Assembly (NCBI GenBank): GCA_020137815.1 | Contig: CM035352.1 | Span: 5,642,001-5,706,000 of the forward strand | DNA: 64,000 nucleotides | Source: Hormiphora californensis | Lineage: Eukaryota > Animalia > Ctenophora | Reading direction: 5' to 3' | In this document: piece after piece, positions 35,956 through 48,805 of the stretch | How the letters are laid out: each line of letters opens with the position of its first letter | Position numbering within the stretch: position 1 is the stretch's first letter | The notes under the pieces: model-generated | Seen by the model: only the letters and a program-made list of their open reading frames with translations | Database searches by the model: none | What the model was told of the DNA's origin: nothing | Made by a program: the position numbers and the translations under genes

Positions 35956-36097
35956 ATAAGGAACCATAATAAAGTTCAAGAGCCTCCAAGAGCACCCAAG
36001 AGCGTACCCGATCGAAGAGAGACCACACCTGAGAGCGCACCACACCCAAAAGAGACCACATCCAAGAGCGCACCACCTCCAGAAGAGACCACTTCAA
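35956..36097 (+). mobile_element. Left part of a repeat (ataaggaaccataataaagttcaagagc...) that resumes at ~41166; related inverted copy at ~54900-55667
   Basis: Shared terminus and agagcgcaccac subrepeats; the gacgcgcatgcgacgcgca block occurs at ~41215 and (inverted) at ~55330. Confidence 0.6.
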
Positions 36098-36609
36098 TAC
36101 AATACAATACAATACAAAATAAACATTTATAGTCCGCTCTTTAACTGTCCGTTTTACGGTTCAGCACAAGTTCTGCTGTTGGAAGAAGAAAAATTCATCA
36201 TTCCATCCTCTTTCATCCCCAACAGCCCTCGCTCCAAAAGCGGCTAGTTTTACTACAAGATTATGATTTTTCTTATGTTCTGAAAGATGTTTTGTTAATA
36301 TATTTGAAAGGTTGAGAAAATAATTTAGGAGATCCTATCACTGCAGAAAATGCAGTAGTGCACATGATATTCAAGGATCTAAAAGATCCAAAAGAAGCAA
36401 ATTGAAGACCGCCCCTATCGGGGATATTGATACTAGGATACCTATACTGAAACCTGTGTGCGAAGTTGCACATAGAATACTTGAAGAAGATGTATCATGT
36501 AGCATTTCCAATTTCCAGTAATTCAGTTGACCAACTTGGAGTAGTAGAAGCCACTTGCCGACTGCTTTAACACTTACAAGTCCTCACATATCATTCTATT
36601 TTCTCGCAA

Positions 36610-36652
36610 GCTCTCTTTTTCTTTTTTCTTTTTTTTTAGAACAACTTTTTTT

Positions 36653-36696
<44 letters not shown>

Positions 36697-39600
36697 CTTT
36701 TTTTTTGGGATGTTTTTTATATTCACACGTTTTTCTCGCTTTTTTGTTGTTGTTCTTTTTTTTTTTTTTTTTTTTTTTTTCTTTTTTTTTCCCTTTTGAT
36801 ATCAAATGTTACAAAATAAACAAACCAATCATTAGCAGTAAGGGTCAGTTTAGAGGATAGAGGAAAGAGAGGAAAAAGTAAATACTGACCATTCCAGCTT
36901 CACTTTGTTCACGCTACACACATTACATATACTCATACACATCACTCTGTCACAATGTCCTTGTTTCATATTGGAAATGGGGCCTTCAACATTTGTAGGC
37001 TTTTTTGAAGAAGTGAGTCTTTAGGTTGGCTTTAAAGGATAGGACAGATGTATTTTCACGTAGAAGTTTCGGCAGGTCGTTCCACACTGCTGGTGCAGCG
37101 ACACTAAAGGCTCCTTTGCTCGAGCAATAACGGGTTGTATTTCCTTTCAAGATATGTTATGTCCATATCACGCCGGAGATTCTTCAGCTTGTGCTTCCGA
37201 CGTTGTACCAGTTCAGAAAGATACGTCGGTGCTAGACCGTTTAGGGCTTTGTAGGTCAATAAGCATAGCTTGTAGTTAATTCTTTCCTTAACCGGTAGAA
37301 AATGAAGCTGCCTTCGAATGTCTGATGTGCTATGAAGAGATCGGCGTCCAGTGATGAATCTTGTGGCAGCGTTTTGAACCTTTTGTAACCTCCCGAGGTC
37401 TTTAGCAGATGCTCCCGCAAGTAGACTATTGCAGTAATCAAGCCTACTGTGTACAAGGGTGTTTACTAGCTTCACTTTGAGGTCAATAGTTAGTGTATTC
37501 CCTATCTTCCAAAGATTCAGGAGACACAGATTGCATGCTCTTACCGTTTTTGAAACGTTTCCAGTTAGTGAAAGCTCCGAATCAAGGAAAACACCAAGGT
37601 TTCGCACCAGTGGGGCTGGAACAGATGGATCTTGGTCGTCTAGCGCTTTTATAGCTTCTGGATTCGCTTCTTTGTCGTGTTTGTTTCTAAGAACGATGAA
37701 TTCAGTTTTCGAAGGATTTAGTCGAAGAAAGTTGTCTGCCATCCACACCTTGATATGGTTGAGACATTCCTGAAGTGTCTTTTCCAAGTCAGCCAGTTTG
37801 TTATTGGTAAATGAAACATAAAGCTGCGTATCGTCAGCATACAGCTCTACTAGTAAACCATAGTGCTTAGCAATACTCTCAAGTTCTTTGGTATAGAGAA
37901 CGAACAACAGGGGCCCTAAGATGGATCCTTGAGGAACTCCGATGGTTATAGCCACTGGCGATGAGGTCGAGTTTCCAACTTTCACCGAGGCCTTTCTGTC
38001 CGTCAGGTAGGACTCAAACCAGGAGAGAGCAGTCCCTGTCACACCATAGTTCCTTTTCAGCTTCCCCAGGAGTATCTTGTGATTGATGGTATCGAAAGCA
38101 GCGCTCAAGTCTAAAAGTACTAGGATTGCTTTGGACTTCTCGTCAGTGATTAGTAGGAGATCGTTGACTACTTTCACAAGAGTGGTCTCAGTGCTGTGAT
38201 GTGTTCTGTATGCTGATTGCACTCCTGGAAACAACTTATTCTCCTCCAGATGCTCAGTTAATTGGGCCGCCGCACATTTCTCGATGATCTTCGAGATGAA
38301 TGATAGATTAGAAACAGGACGGTAATTCTTCATATCCTCGGGACTGTCCTTTTTCTTGAAAGATGGCCTAACCAGGGATTGTTTCAGCATTTCAGGGAAT
38401 CTTCCCTCTTGAAGGCTTCCATTGACAATGTCAGATATAATAGGTAACAGTTGAGGTAAGAGTCCAACTAGAGTTCGAGTAGGGATCGGATCAAGATCAC
38501 AGTGCTTCTTGCTCATCGACGTTATAATAGCAGTGAGATCCTCATCACTCACTTTCTTGAAAGAGGAGAAGGAATTTCCTTTAAAGGTGGTTTCCCCGGA
38601 AAGGTCAGGAACACATCCATTAAGTGCTTTCTCGACTTTAATCATCTCATAGATGTTTTCGATCTTTGATTTAAAGTAAGCACTAAATTTGTTCGCTGCT
38701 TCTTCATCCGACCATCCACTTGGTAGTTCCTGAGGGATCTTGTCTTTACCAAGAAGCTTGTTTATGATACCGCTTACCGCTGCTGGATCGTCAGCAACCA
38801 GTTTCAGTTTTTCACGGTAGTAGGATACTCTGGTTTTCGTAATAAACCTAGAAGTTTCATCGGTGAAGTTTTTCAGGGCTATCCACGCATCGCTGTAGTC
38901 CGATTTCTTCTTAGCTTTCTTAAGGGCAGTTTTGAACGCTCTCTCGTATTTTCTGCGAGTTCGTTTGGCATCAACACACTCTTTAGTGTACCAGGGTGGA
39001 TTTTCTGATTCTTTAACAGTCATCTCCTCAACTGGGGCTAATTCATCGAGGATATTCGTCAGAGTATCATAATACAGCCGTAAGCAGTCTTCTAGCTCAG
39101 TAGGTCTCAGCGGGCAGACTAGCGAGGAATCTGCTATTTTAGAAGAAAGGGCCTCCAGGGTTACGTTTTTCATTTTTCTGCTCGTTACCACTTTTCTTTT
39201 CTCGGTGTCAGGTCTGCCCACATGGAGATGGAAGGTTACTGCATAATGATCTGAGACTGCCGATCTCGCGACCTCCATAGCACTGATTGGGGGGCTAGTC
39301 TCATCGTCTCTGCTGATGACAAGGTCAAGTGTCCCTCCAGCGACGTGCGTAGGGTCTTCCACGTGTTGTATCCATCTTTCATCAAGAAGTATCTCGTTAA
39401 AGGCTTTAGACGTTGGATCGTTTTCATCCTCAGTGTGGATGTTGAAATCTCCAAGAATCAAGGGATGACCACTTAGTCCATTCAGAGTCGAAATGTATTC
39501 CTCAAACTCAATCAAGAAGTCCTTTTTTGAGGTAGAAGGTGGCCGATATACAACCACTAGTCTTGTCCTTTGGAGGTTTCCTCCTTCAACGGTAGCCTGT

Positions 39601-41165
39601 ATGCATTCAAAGGTTTGTGGCTTTGTTTCTAGCTTCACAGTACGGATGTTTATGCTTTTCTTTGCAAGAATAGCAACACCTCCACCTCGTTTTCCTCTTG
39701 CAGAGCTGTAGAGGTTGAACCCGAGCTCTTTCATCACTCCAGGAGTAACAACGTCACCATCTTCTAGCCAGGTCTCTGTCAAGGCAAGCACATCAAGACC
39801 AAGGTCATGGAATGTTTCAAAGATGTCAATGAGCTTGTTATTCATCGACCGGCAGTTTAGATTTCCATATTTGAGTGCAGGGAGCTGCGAAGACGGTAGT
39901 TTTTTGACAGCTTGTCGTACTGTTCTTTATAGGTGGGGCATTTTGATGAACCAGCATGGTGGACTGGGATATCTGGGTTGGACGACTGGAATGTAGACAG
40001 TTTTTACACTGATGCTTCTCCGTGTCTTCTTTTACAGGGCAATCATTTGTTGGATGTTTTTCAGCACAGTACATGCAGGTAGCAGGATGCAATCGTTTTG
40101 GGCATTGGTCGGGATAGTGCCCAAGAGCTTGACAATGGGGGCACCTTTTAATGTGCACACGATGGTAGACTTTCACAGATGAAAGAAAACCCTTCCTTCG
40201 CTGAGAACTTTGTCTTTCAGTTCAACAGGGAGTTTGAGTGCCACCGTTGCAAGATTAGGATCCGACTGCATTCGTTTAAAATAAACAATTGAGAGGTCAG
40301 AACAACTTTTCAGGAGATCATTTTTTGCCCTAAGTTTGTCGAGACAGAACTTTCGAGAGTCTTCGGGCGATGCATCTGTGGGTAGAAGGTCAACTGGAAC
40401 AAAACGCAGTGTCACCTTTGACATGACAAGATCAGATATTCTGGTAGTATTTTGGAGAACACCCGCTTCTTTCAGTTTGAGTGTGGCAAGTTCTTGGGAC
40501 TTTCATTTGGGAACCAGAGTTTGATAGAAGATGAGAAGTTTCTCACATTTGCGATGGGGATGTCTGTTAGGGCCATATCAATGCTTTTTTCTAGTTTCAG
40601 GAACGTCATCACAGTGCACAGTGAGGCGTGGTTGCGGAGGTAGCTGTGTTCTGGCCGAAGGGATGATTCTCGGGTTGCTCGTACCTGCATGGTTAGGAGC
40701 ATTTTTAGGGATGTTTTTTAGACGTTTGTGATGCAAATGAGTCGGTGATCGAGGTGGTGGATGTAGAAGGAGATGAAGACTGACTAGTGTCATCAGTAGG
40801 TGGTGCAGAATTGATCATGGATGTGTTGAAAGTGCAATCAGCTTGGGGTGGATCGGATGATTTACCGCTAGTGTTTGCTATTAGCCTGGCTGCTTTAGTA
40901 GCTATAGCGTCAAAGATGGGACTCCCAGGTTGGAGTAGCCTGCCCGTAACGATACATTCTGGGCAAACCCAGCCCTCAAGAGAGAACAAACCATCGTCTG
41001 ATGGCGTAAGAAGATCACCTAATGACTTCAAACCTACGCATTCATCATGAAAACACGATTTACACGTACTGCACTTCAGCATGGTCCTGTTTGTCAACTT
41101 TCCATTACACAGACATTGATTGGCCGAGGTGAAGTGGCTAGGTGTTTGAATAGGGATGGGTCCAT
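36610..41165 (-). mobile_element. L2/CR1-group LINE with frameshifted ORF1 (PHD + CCHC knuckles), ORF2 and long poly(A) tail
   Basis: PHD CLCNG..LKCSTCKSCFHDECVGL..WVCPEC; CPHCQALGHYPDQC; poly(T) on + strand at 36610-36797. Confidence 0.88.
37104..39845 (-). CDS. L2-type ORF2 (APE endonuclease + reverse transcriptase); C-terminus continues after a frameshift
   Basis: LTETWL, VVYRPP, LGDFN, SDH, NYRPVSNL, LDLSAAFDT, GVPQGSILGPLLF, YADDTQLY, SRLDYCNSLL; shifted tail FSVAAPAVWNDLP. Confidence 0.93.
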   Translation of the reverse strand: MNNKLIDIFETFHDLGLDVLALTETWLEDGDVVTPGVMKELGFNLYSSARGKRGGGVAILAKKSINIRTVKLETKPQTFECIQATVEGGNLQRTRLVVVYRPPSTSKKDFLIEFEEYISTLNGLSGHPLILGDFNIHTEDENDPTSKAFNEILLDERWIQHVEDPTHVAGGTLDLVISRDDETSPPISAMEVARSAVSDHYAVTFHLHVGRPDTEKRKVVTSRKMKNVTLEALSSKIADSSLVCPLRPTELEDCLRLYYDTLTNILDELAPVEEMTVKESENPPWYTKECVDAKRTRRKYERAFKTALKKAKKKSDYSDAWIALKNFTDETSRFITKTRVSYYREKLKLVADDPAAVSGIINKLLGKDKIPQELPSGWSDEEAANKFSAYFKSKIENIYEMIKVEKALNGCVPDLSGETTFKGNSFSSFKKVSDEDLTAIITSMSKKHCDLDPIPTRTLVGLLPQLLPIISDIVNGSLQEGRFPEMLKQSLVRPSFKKKDSPEDMKNYRPVSNLSFISKIIEKCAAAQLTEHLEENKLFPGVQSAYRTHHSTETTLVKVVNDLLLITDEKSKAILVLLDLSAAFDTINHKILLGKLKRNYGVTGTALSWFESYLTDRKASVKVGNSTSSPVAITIGVPQGSILGPLLFVLYTKELESIAKHYGLLVELYADDTQLYVSFTNNKLADLEKTLQECLNHIKVWMADNFLRLNPSKTEFIVLRNKHDKEANPEAIKALDDQDPSVPAPLVRNLGVFLDSELSLTGNVSKTVRACNLCLLNLWKIGNTLTIDLKVKLVNTLVHSRLDYCNSLLAGASAKDLGRLQKVQNAATRFITGRRSLHSTSDIRRQLHFLPVKERINYKLCLLTYKALNGLAPTYLSELVQRRKHKLKNLRRDMDITYLERKYNPLLLEQRSL

Positions 41166-41962
41166 GGGCGCGCACCACATCATTGGCATGGAGGCACCCC
41201 GAATGTGTTGAGACGCGCATATCGCGACGCGCATGCGACGCGCACATTGCGACGCGCACCAAATTGGTCAAATTCAAAAAATGTGAAAATGCGTTTTTAA
41301 AATTTTAAGACTTGAGGCCTCTTGGACGTTTTTGGGAGACTGATGGTGACCCATAAGGAGTCCGAGAGCCTCAAAGAGAGTGCACAGCATCGGAAAGAGA
41401 CTGCACTGTGCAGTGCACGCAGCATCCAGAAGAGAGAGCGCGCTTACCACGTGAAAGAGGCTCACCGCGCGAAGTAAGCAGTACTTTACCCTCAATTTTC
41501 TTCTCGCGCGTTACATAACATTCAATTTTACACACTTCTGTCGTCGAAGACTCGATGAAGAAGACTGAAATCAAGGATGAGAAGATAAATGAGGCCAATT
41601 GGATTCTTGAGTTGTTAATTGTTTTCAAACAAGATCAACACACTTTTGGATTATTTGAAAATTCTATATTGGAGAGAAATATTTCGTTTCTAATTTCATT
41701 TTCAGACAAAAGTGTGTGGGAAGATTAAGAATATAAAACACATTCATTTCGTTTCCATTAAGTTTCAGTGTACATAAAACAATATTGTTAGTTTTACATT
41801 AGTCTTTTTGTTGCATTGACTACGTGTTGTTGACATGTAATTGAACTGTAATTATATTTGATTTAACGCTCAAAAGGAAAAGCTAAACATTTTTTGACAA
41901 TATATTGCCAAATGCAACCACCATTATCATTTATCAGTTTATCAATGATCATGAAATAATGT

Positions 41963-42108
41963 CCATTTTTTTTCAACTGTTCACCCCCCAAAGTCGTGCG
42001 CGGAATTGTTTTGCGCGTTTATCACATGGTAACGTGTAGCGCGCGCAGCGTAAATTAAAATATCGCACGCGCATGAGTTGAGGGGTGAACAGTTGAATAA
42101 AAATGGAC
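41963..42108. mobile_element. MITE
   Basis: Inverted termini gtccatttt..ttcaactgttcacccc / ggggtgaacagttgaa..aaaatggac. Confidence 0.65.
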
Positions 42109-42654
42109 TTTAGTAATTGAGCATTGAACAATTAAGAAAAATCACACGAGTTTCACGACCAAAGACGGTCATGGTCACTGTCTTTCCTCCATTACCTCTA
42201 CTCCCATTTTAAAAGATAAGGTTTTTTACTTATTCCGTGTTATTGATTCCAGTATTTCTCTTTCAATGTAAGTAAGGACATCTCACTCATTTATCTCCTC
42301 CACATATGATATCTCCCAACGTGTCAAATCCAGAACTTCCAGTGTTAGTTTCATCTTTTCCTCATCAAACTGATGGAGGAAGGGATATTTAATTGATTTA
42401 GAAGGAGGGGTTAGTTGATCAACATAACAATAATGGGAGATGGCTTGTAAAAATCAGGAAATAATAAAGAAGTCGTAGTGTAAGAGGTGAGTGTAAATCA
42501 TGTTGGGAAGGGCGTTTGATCGTGAAAAAAAACATAGCTTGGCAAAAAACCCATGTATGCACTGCCTCACTGGATTCTTATGTATTAAAACACATTGATT
42601 CTGACACTGATTTCCGGTTAAGAGGGGGCGTTGCTGTAGAGAAGATGTTGGTCA

Positions 42655-45328
42655 AAGGAAGGAAGGAAGAAGGAAGGAAGGAAGGAAGGAAGGAAGGAAG
42701 GAAGGGAAGGAAGGAAGGAAGGAAGGAAGGAAGGAAGGAAGGAAGAAGGAAGGAAGGAAGGAAGGAAGGAAGGAAGGAAGGAAGGAAGGAACGGAAGGAA
42801 GGAAGAAGGAAGGAAGGAAGGAAGGAAGGAAGGAAGGAAGGAAGGAAGGAAGGAAGGAAGGAAGGAAGGAAGGAAGGAAGGAAGGAAGGAAGGAAGGAAG
42901 GAAGGAAGGAAGGAAGGAAAGAAGGAAGGAAGGAAGGAAGGAAGGAAGGAAAGGAAGGAAGGAAGGAAGGAAGGAAGGAAGGAAGGAAGGAAGGAAGAAG
43001 GAAGGAAGGAAGGAAGGAAGGAAGGAAGGAAGGAAGGAAGGAAGGAAGGAAGGAAGAGGAAGGACAGGAAGGAAGGAAGGAAGGGAAGGAAGGGAAGGAA
43101 GGAAGGAAGGAAGGAAGGAAGAGAAGGAAGGAAGGAAGGAAGGAAGGAAGGAAGGAAGGAAGGAAGGAAGGAAGGAAGGAAGGAAGGAAGGAAGGAAAGG
43201 AAGGAAGGAAGGAAGGAAGGAAGGAAGGAAGGAAGGAAGGAAGGAAGGAAGGAAGGAAGGAAGGAAGGAAGGAAGGAAGGAAGGAAGGAAGGAAGGAAGG
43301 AAGGAAGGAAGGAAGGAAGGAAGGCAAGGAAGGAAGGAAGGAAGGAAGGAAGGAAGGAAGGAAGGAAGGAAGGAAGGAAGGAAGGAAGGAAAGGAAGGAA
43401 GGAAGGAAGGAAGGAAGGAAGGAAGGAAGGAAGGAAGGAAGGAAGGAAGGAAGGAAGGAAGGAAGGAAGGAAGGAAGGAAGGAAGGAAGGAAGGAAGGAA
43501 GGAAGGAAGGAAGGAAGGAAGGAAGGAAGGAAGGAAGGAACGAAGGAAGGAAGGAACGAAGGAAGGAAGGAACGAAGGAAGGAAGGAACGAAGGAAGGAA
43601 GGAACGAAGGAAGGAAGGAACGAAGGAAGGAAGGAACGAAGGAAGGAAGGAACGAAGGAAGGAAGGAACGAAGGAAGGAAGGAACGAAGGAAGGAAGGAA
43701 CGAAGGAAGGAAGGAACGAAGGAAGGAAGGAACGAAGGAAGGAAGGAACGAAGGAAGGAAGGAACGAAGGAAGGAAGGAACGAAGGAAGGAAGGAACGAA
43801 GGAAGGAAGGAACGAAGGAAGGAAGGAACGAAGGAAGGAAGGAACGAAGGAAGGAAGGAACGAAGGAAGGAAGGAAGGAACGAAGGAAGGAAGGAACGAA
43901 GGAAGGAAGGAACGAAGGAAGGAAGGAACGAAGGAAGGAACGAAGGAAGGAAGGAACGAAGGAAGGAAGGAACGAAGGAAGGAAGGAACGAAGGAAGGAA
44001 GGAACGAAGGAAGGAAGGAACGAAGGAAGGAAGGAACGAAGGAAGGAAGGAACGAAGGAAGGAAGGAACGAAGGAAGGAAGGAACGAAGGAAGGAAGGAA
44101 CGAAGGAAGGAAGGAACGAAGGAAGGAAGGAACGAAGGAAGGAAGGAACGAAGGAAGGAAGGAACGAAGGAAGGAAGGAACGAAGGAAGGAAGGAACGAA
44201 GGAAGGAAGGAACGAAGGAAGGAAGGAACGAAGGAAGGAAGGAACGAAGGAAGGAAGGAACGAAGGAAGGAAGGAACGAAGGAAGGAAGGAACGAAGGAA
44301 GGAAGGAACGAAGGAAGGAAGGAACGAAGGAAGGAAGGAACGAAGGAAGGAAGGAACGAAGGAAGGAAGGAACGAAGGAAGGAAGGAACGAAGGAAGGAA
44401 GGAACGAAGGAAGGAAGGAACGAAGGAAGGAAGGAACGAAGGAAGGAAGGAACGAAGGAAGGAAGGAACGAAGGAAGGAAGGAACGAAGGAAGGAAGGAA
44501 CGAAGGAAGGAAGGAACGAAGGAAGGAAGGAACGAAGGAAGGAAGGAACGAAGGAAGGAAGGAACGAAGGAAGGAAGGAACGAAGGAAGGAAGGAACGAA
44601 GGAAGGAAGGAAGGAACGAAGGAAGGAAGGAACGAAGGAAGGAAGGAACGAAGGAAGGAAGGAACGAAGGAAGGAAGGAACGAAGGAAGGAAGGAACGAA
44701 GGAAGGAAGGAACGAAGGAAGGAAGGAACGAAGGAAGGAAGGAACGAAGGAACGAAGGAAGGAAGGAACGAAGGAAGGAAGGAACGAAGGAAGGAAGGAA
44801 CGAAGGAAGGAAGGAACGAAGGAAGGAAGGAACGAAGGAACGAAGGAACGAAGGAAGGAAGGAACGAAGGAACGAAGGAACGAAGGAACGAAGGAACGAA
44901 GGAAGGAAGGAACGAAGGAAGGAAGGAACGAAGGAAGGAAGGAACGAAGGAAGGAAGGAACGAAGGAAGGAAGGAACGAAGGAAGGAAGGAACGAAGGAA
45001 GGAAGGAACGAAGGAAGGAAGGAACGAAGGAAGGAAGGAACGAAGGAAGGAAGGAACGAAGGAAGGAAGGAACGAAGGAAGGAAGGAACGAAGGAAGGAA
45101 GGAACGAAGGAAGGAAGGAACGAAGGAAGGAAGGAACGAAGGAAGGAAGGAACGAAGGAAGGAAGGAACGAAGGAAGGAAGGAAGGAACGAAGGAACGAA
45201 GGAACGAAGGAACGAAGGAACGAAGGAACGAAGGAACGAAGGAAGGAAGGAACGAAGGAACGAAGGAAGGAACGAAGGAAGGAAGGAAGGAAGGAAGGAA
45301 GGAACGAAGGAAGGAAGGAACGAAGGAA
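42655..45328. repeat. 2.7-kb (GGAA)n array switching at ~43540 to a 16-bp CGAA(GGAA)3 unit
   Basis: Direct reading. Confidence 0.97.
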
Positions 45329-45350
45329 TACCCCTTTGTAGGCTCTAGCC

Positions 45351-45615
45351 ATGCCAGATATGATAAATATGGCTACACCTACTGATGACAAAAGTGATGG
45401 CAATGCCCTTGCCGTTGGAAATACTCTCACCAAAAAGGTCCTGTCTGCCTACCGACATGATGTGGATTACACCAAGAATCTAGACATCATCCGCACATTC
45501 AACTGTGCTCACCTGGAAGCCGCTGCACCATTTTTCGGTGCATCCCCCGGCTCAAATGCAGATAAAACTAAACGGTACCAGAACCACACTACACTAGGTG
45601 ACTACATCATCATTC
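45351..45615 (+). pseudogene. Fragment resembling the N-terminus of the LINE ORF1 at 47213
   Basis: KVLSAY..DYTKN..LGDYII parallels GLLKAY..KYNTN..LVDWII. Confidence 0.4.
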
Positions 45616-47732
45616 AGTTACCCCTCTACAGTATATTGCGATAGTAAGGCACGTTTTAGCGTGCCCGCAATTATGGGTAGTTACTAGTTGCGTTACCAAG
45701 CATACAACAGATAGATAAGTTTGAAATATCACATTACCTGTCACAGGTTCCGTACCAGAATAACAAAAGAAGATAACTTAGCAGTTAGCAATCCCTGCTT
45801 CAGCCTTCACTCATCAGTAATTGTTCTTTTATCGATTCATACCGTTCTATGTGTTTCTGCTGAATGAGAAGGCAGATGTGTGTGAGAATTATGCAATAAG
45901 AACTATGAAATTATGAAAACCCTTCTTACTAATCAACCATGGCAACGCCTTCAATAAAGTTAACATACCTACAAACTAACCTGGGGCTCTTTTCTGAACA
46001 GGTTTATGAAGATTCTTCGCGCGTGATAGACCGTTTTTGGAGACCTTTTTAGCTGACCTAGCACTACTCAAAGGTCAATTATGGCCTCATTTCGCATCGT
46101 GATGAATCGGCGGGTATTTTCCCATACTCACAAGGCCATGACGATTCCCCCAGTACCCGCAGATTGTCCCAGGACCGAGTAGGAGCTTGCAGCCAGGTCT
46201 TTAAAGAATTGCTCATGTTTAGCGACAATTTTGACCCACTATTCCTCAAATGCTGATACTCGCGGGTATTTTCCGTAAAACTAGGGAAAATTATCTGCCA
46301 GGAGCAACAAACGAGATGCAATTCGGTTCAGTAGTTCCTTGCAGCCAGGTCTTTGAAAAAGTTTGCTCTAAAATCAATAACGGGCCGGAGGCCTTGGTAT
46401 CGAAGACACCTCACACTCTGTTTAGAGGTATCGGACCCGCTTACCATATTTTTATAACGCGCCCAAACCGTCATACTGAGCACTAAAAAGTTGTAGTCTA
46501 CACTACATAGTTCTAGCCTAAGGGGTTTGAGCCGCGCACAGGGCCACACCGAGACCAAATCTCGTTACTTTCCTGATTTCTTTGACACAAACAAGTATTG
46601 CAGAGCGGCCAATAGAGCTGGCGGTTTCAAACTTCGTCCGTATTCGGAGGGATAGATTAGCAGTTCAGTGTTTCAAACCAGGTTTAAGTTGGCAAAGTAG
46701 AAGCTGAGTTACAACATGTTTTGTACAAATTGTTCAACTTCAAGACATTTTTAATTTTGATGGCCAGACCTTTAAAGATAGAAAAGGCCAGACCTTTAAA
46801 GATAGAAACTTTGCCACGATCTTTGTTATGATGTTAAGCATACCTGACCTACTTTTTCAAAAATGTTTTTCATCATTAACACCTAAAACTGATTTCAAAA
46901 CCAAGGTTCCGGGGATAATTTTTCAAATATGACTACAGAATTATAATTTTCAGACAATTTGGTGGGGAATACCAAAATTTGGTGCATTTTCATTGAGTGG
47001 TTGAGGAGCTATTAATTTTTGAAGTGAATCAAAGCGGGTTTGTTACCCCTAACTCAGGCCGCATCGCGGCCTTCGTTTGGTGCGCTTTGCGCGCCGGCAA
47101 GGGAGGGGTAACTTCGTTACCAACCGGAGGCCTAGATGTGAGATCGATCTCGGTCGCTGCGCGACCTCGATCTCACTCAGGCATCAATGTGGCCAACTCT
47201 AGAGTCTAGACCATGTCGCCTACTGGATTGATAATCACGACGACCAATGAGGAGGAAAACAAACAGAATGATGCTGTTATGGAGAAGCTGCGAGTACATC
47301 CTGATGCCAGTAGTGAGGTGAAAGGTTTGCTGAAGGCCTACAACGTCAAAGTTAAGTACAACACCAACGTGAAAAACTTGTTGAAGGCCAAGGACGAAAC
47401 CCTCCATGCAACTACTGAGTTCCTTAGAGGTAAACCTCTAAACGATGCAGGCCAGCCTATGTACGTACATGTACAGGTCACGAGAAACTCTAGTTGACTG
47501 GATAATAATGGCTATCGAGGGAATGTTTCCTCAACAATGCTCAGCATGTAACCAGCTAGAAAGAGGATCCACGCCGAAACTTCGATGTGCAAGCTGTGGA
47601 GGTGGTGGTCACAACTGTGGCCAGGTAATGTCCCACCAAGCCCTGACCTTGCTGGGCTTCGTGTGGGTTTGTTTCGGATGTATTAAGAACTTCAAAGTTG
47701 AAACTCCCAAGCGGGTCTAGTGAGATCTGTTA

Positions 47733-47987
47733 GGGGAAACTCTAACTGAGCTGAATGGCATCCCATTAATGGGATCCCATCAACAGTAAAACTCTAACTG
47801 ATAATGGACCACAGTGATGGTTCTTTCTCTGTATTCTCTCTGTGTGCGTGCCCACGCCCGGGCATGCCCAATGTACTGCCTACAGAGAGAATACAGAGAA
47901 AGAACCATCACTGTGGTCCATTATCAGTTAGAGTTTTACTGTTGATGGGATCCCATTAATGGGATGCCATTCAGTTAGAGTTTCCCC
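47733..47987. mobile_element. PIF/Harbinger-type palindromic MITE with TTA target-site duplication
   Basis: tta|ggggaaactctaactga...tcagttagagtttcccc|tta; nearly fully palindromic. Confidence 0.8.
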
Positions 47988-48084
47988 TTAGGTGGTCTCG
48001 AGCTGATTTGGTGCGGGTGCATTCATTCAGCATGTGCCACTCATCTTGGATGATGGGATCGAAGAAGGGGAGGGCACGCAGAAG

Positions 48085-48259
48085 GGCAGGTCGGAAGAAT
48101 CTCGACACCGAAATATATAGGTATGTATTTCAAATACATATGTATTTCAAATACACATGTCTATTTCAACTGAAATATATATGTATGTATTTCAAATATA
48201 TATGTATTTCAAATACATAATACATATATATTTCGGTGTCGAGATTCTTCCGACCTGCC
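48085..48259. mobile_element. MITE with ~35-bp TIR and internal tatgtatttcaaata repeats
   Basis: ggcaggtcggaagaatctcgacaccgaaatatat / atatatttcggtgtcgagattcttccgacctgcc. Confidence 0.8.
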
Positions 48260-48805
48260 GGTCAGGTACAGGTAAAGACAGAGTTCTCACCAAACTCCAG
48301 TCGAAGAGGAGACGAATCAACCGAAGAATAGCAAAACTTCTAAAGAAAGGATCAAGCCGTTCGAGAGTGGAAAAGCTAGAAGAACTCGTCGCGGTCACTA
48401 TAACAGCCATCAAGGAGCATTTAATCAACCAGATAAATGCAGAAGATGACAAGATTGTGACCCAGATCAAGACTAACCCGAAGGTCTTCTTTTCCTACGC
48501 GAACAGCAAGAGGAAAACACACTCGGACCCCTATTAACGCCGAGTGGAGCCCTTACTGATGACCCCTGGAAAAGGCCTAGTTCCTCCAGACCCAGTAAGG
48601 TATTCAGCGATCCATCTCAGGTAAAGGTAGAGGACGCCCTTCTAGGTATCGAGGAGCAGACAGAGGAGCTGACCGACATTACCTTCACACCGGCAGATAT
48701 TGAGGAAGCGCTTGCAGAATTGAAACCACACTCAGCGTCACCCAAAGATGGAATTCCAGCTCTCATATTAAGGGAATTTCGAAGCTATTTAGCCTACCCC
48801 CTGTG

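Noticed and set aside
36555-36860. Poly-Phe / poly-Lys ORFs
   Set aside because: Derived from the LINE poly(A) tail.
42516-45433. 941-aa and 951-aa ORFs
   Set aside because: Translations of the stop-free GGAA/CGAA satellite, not genes.
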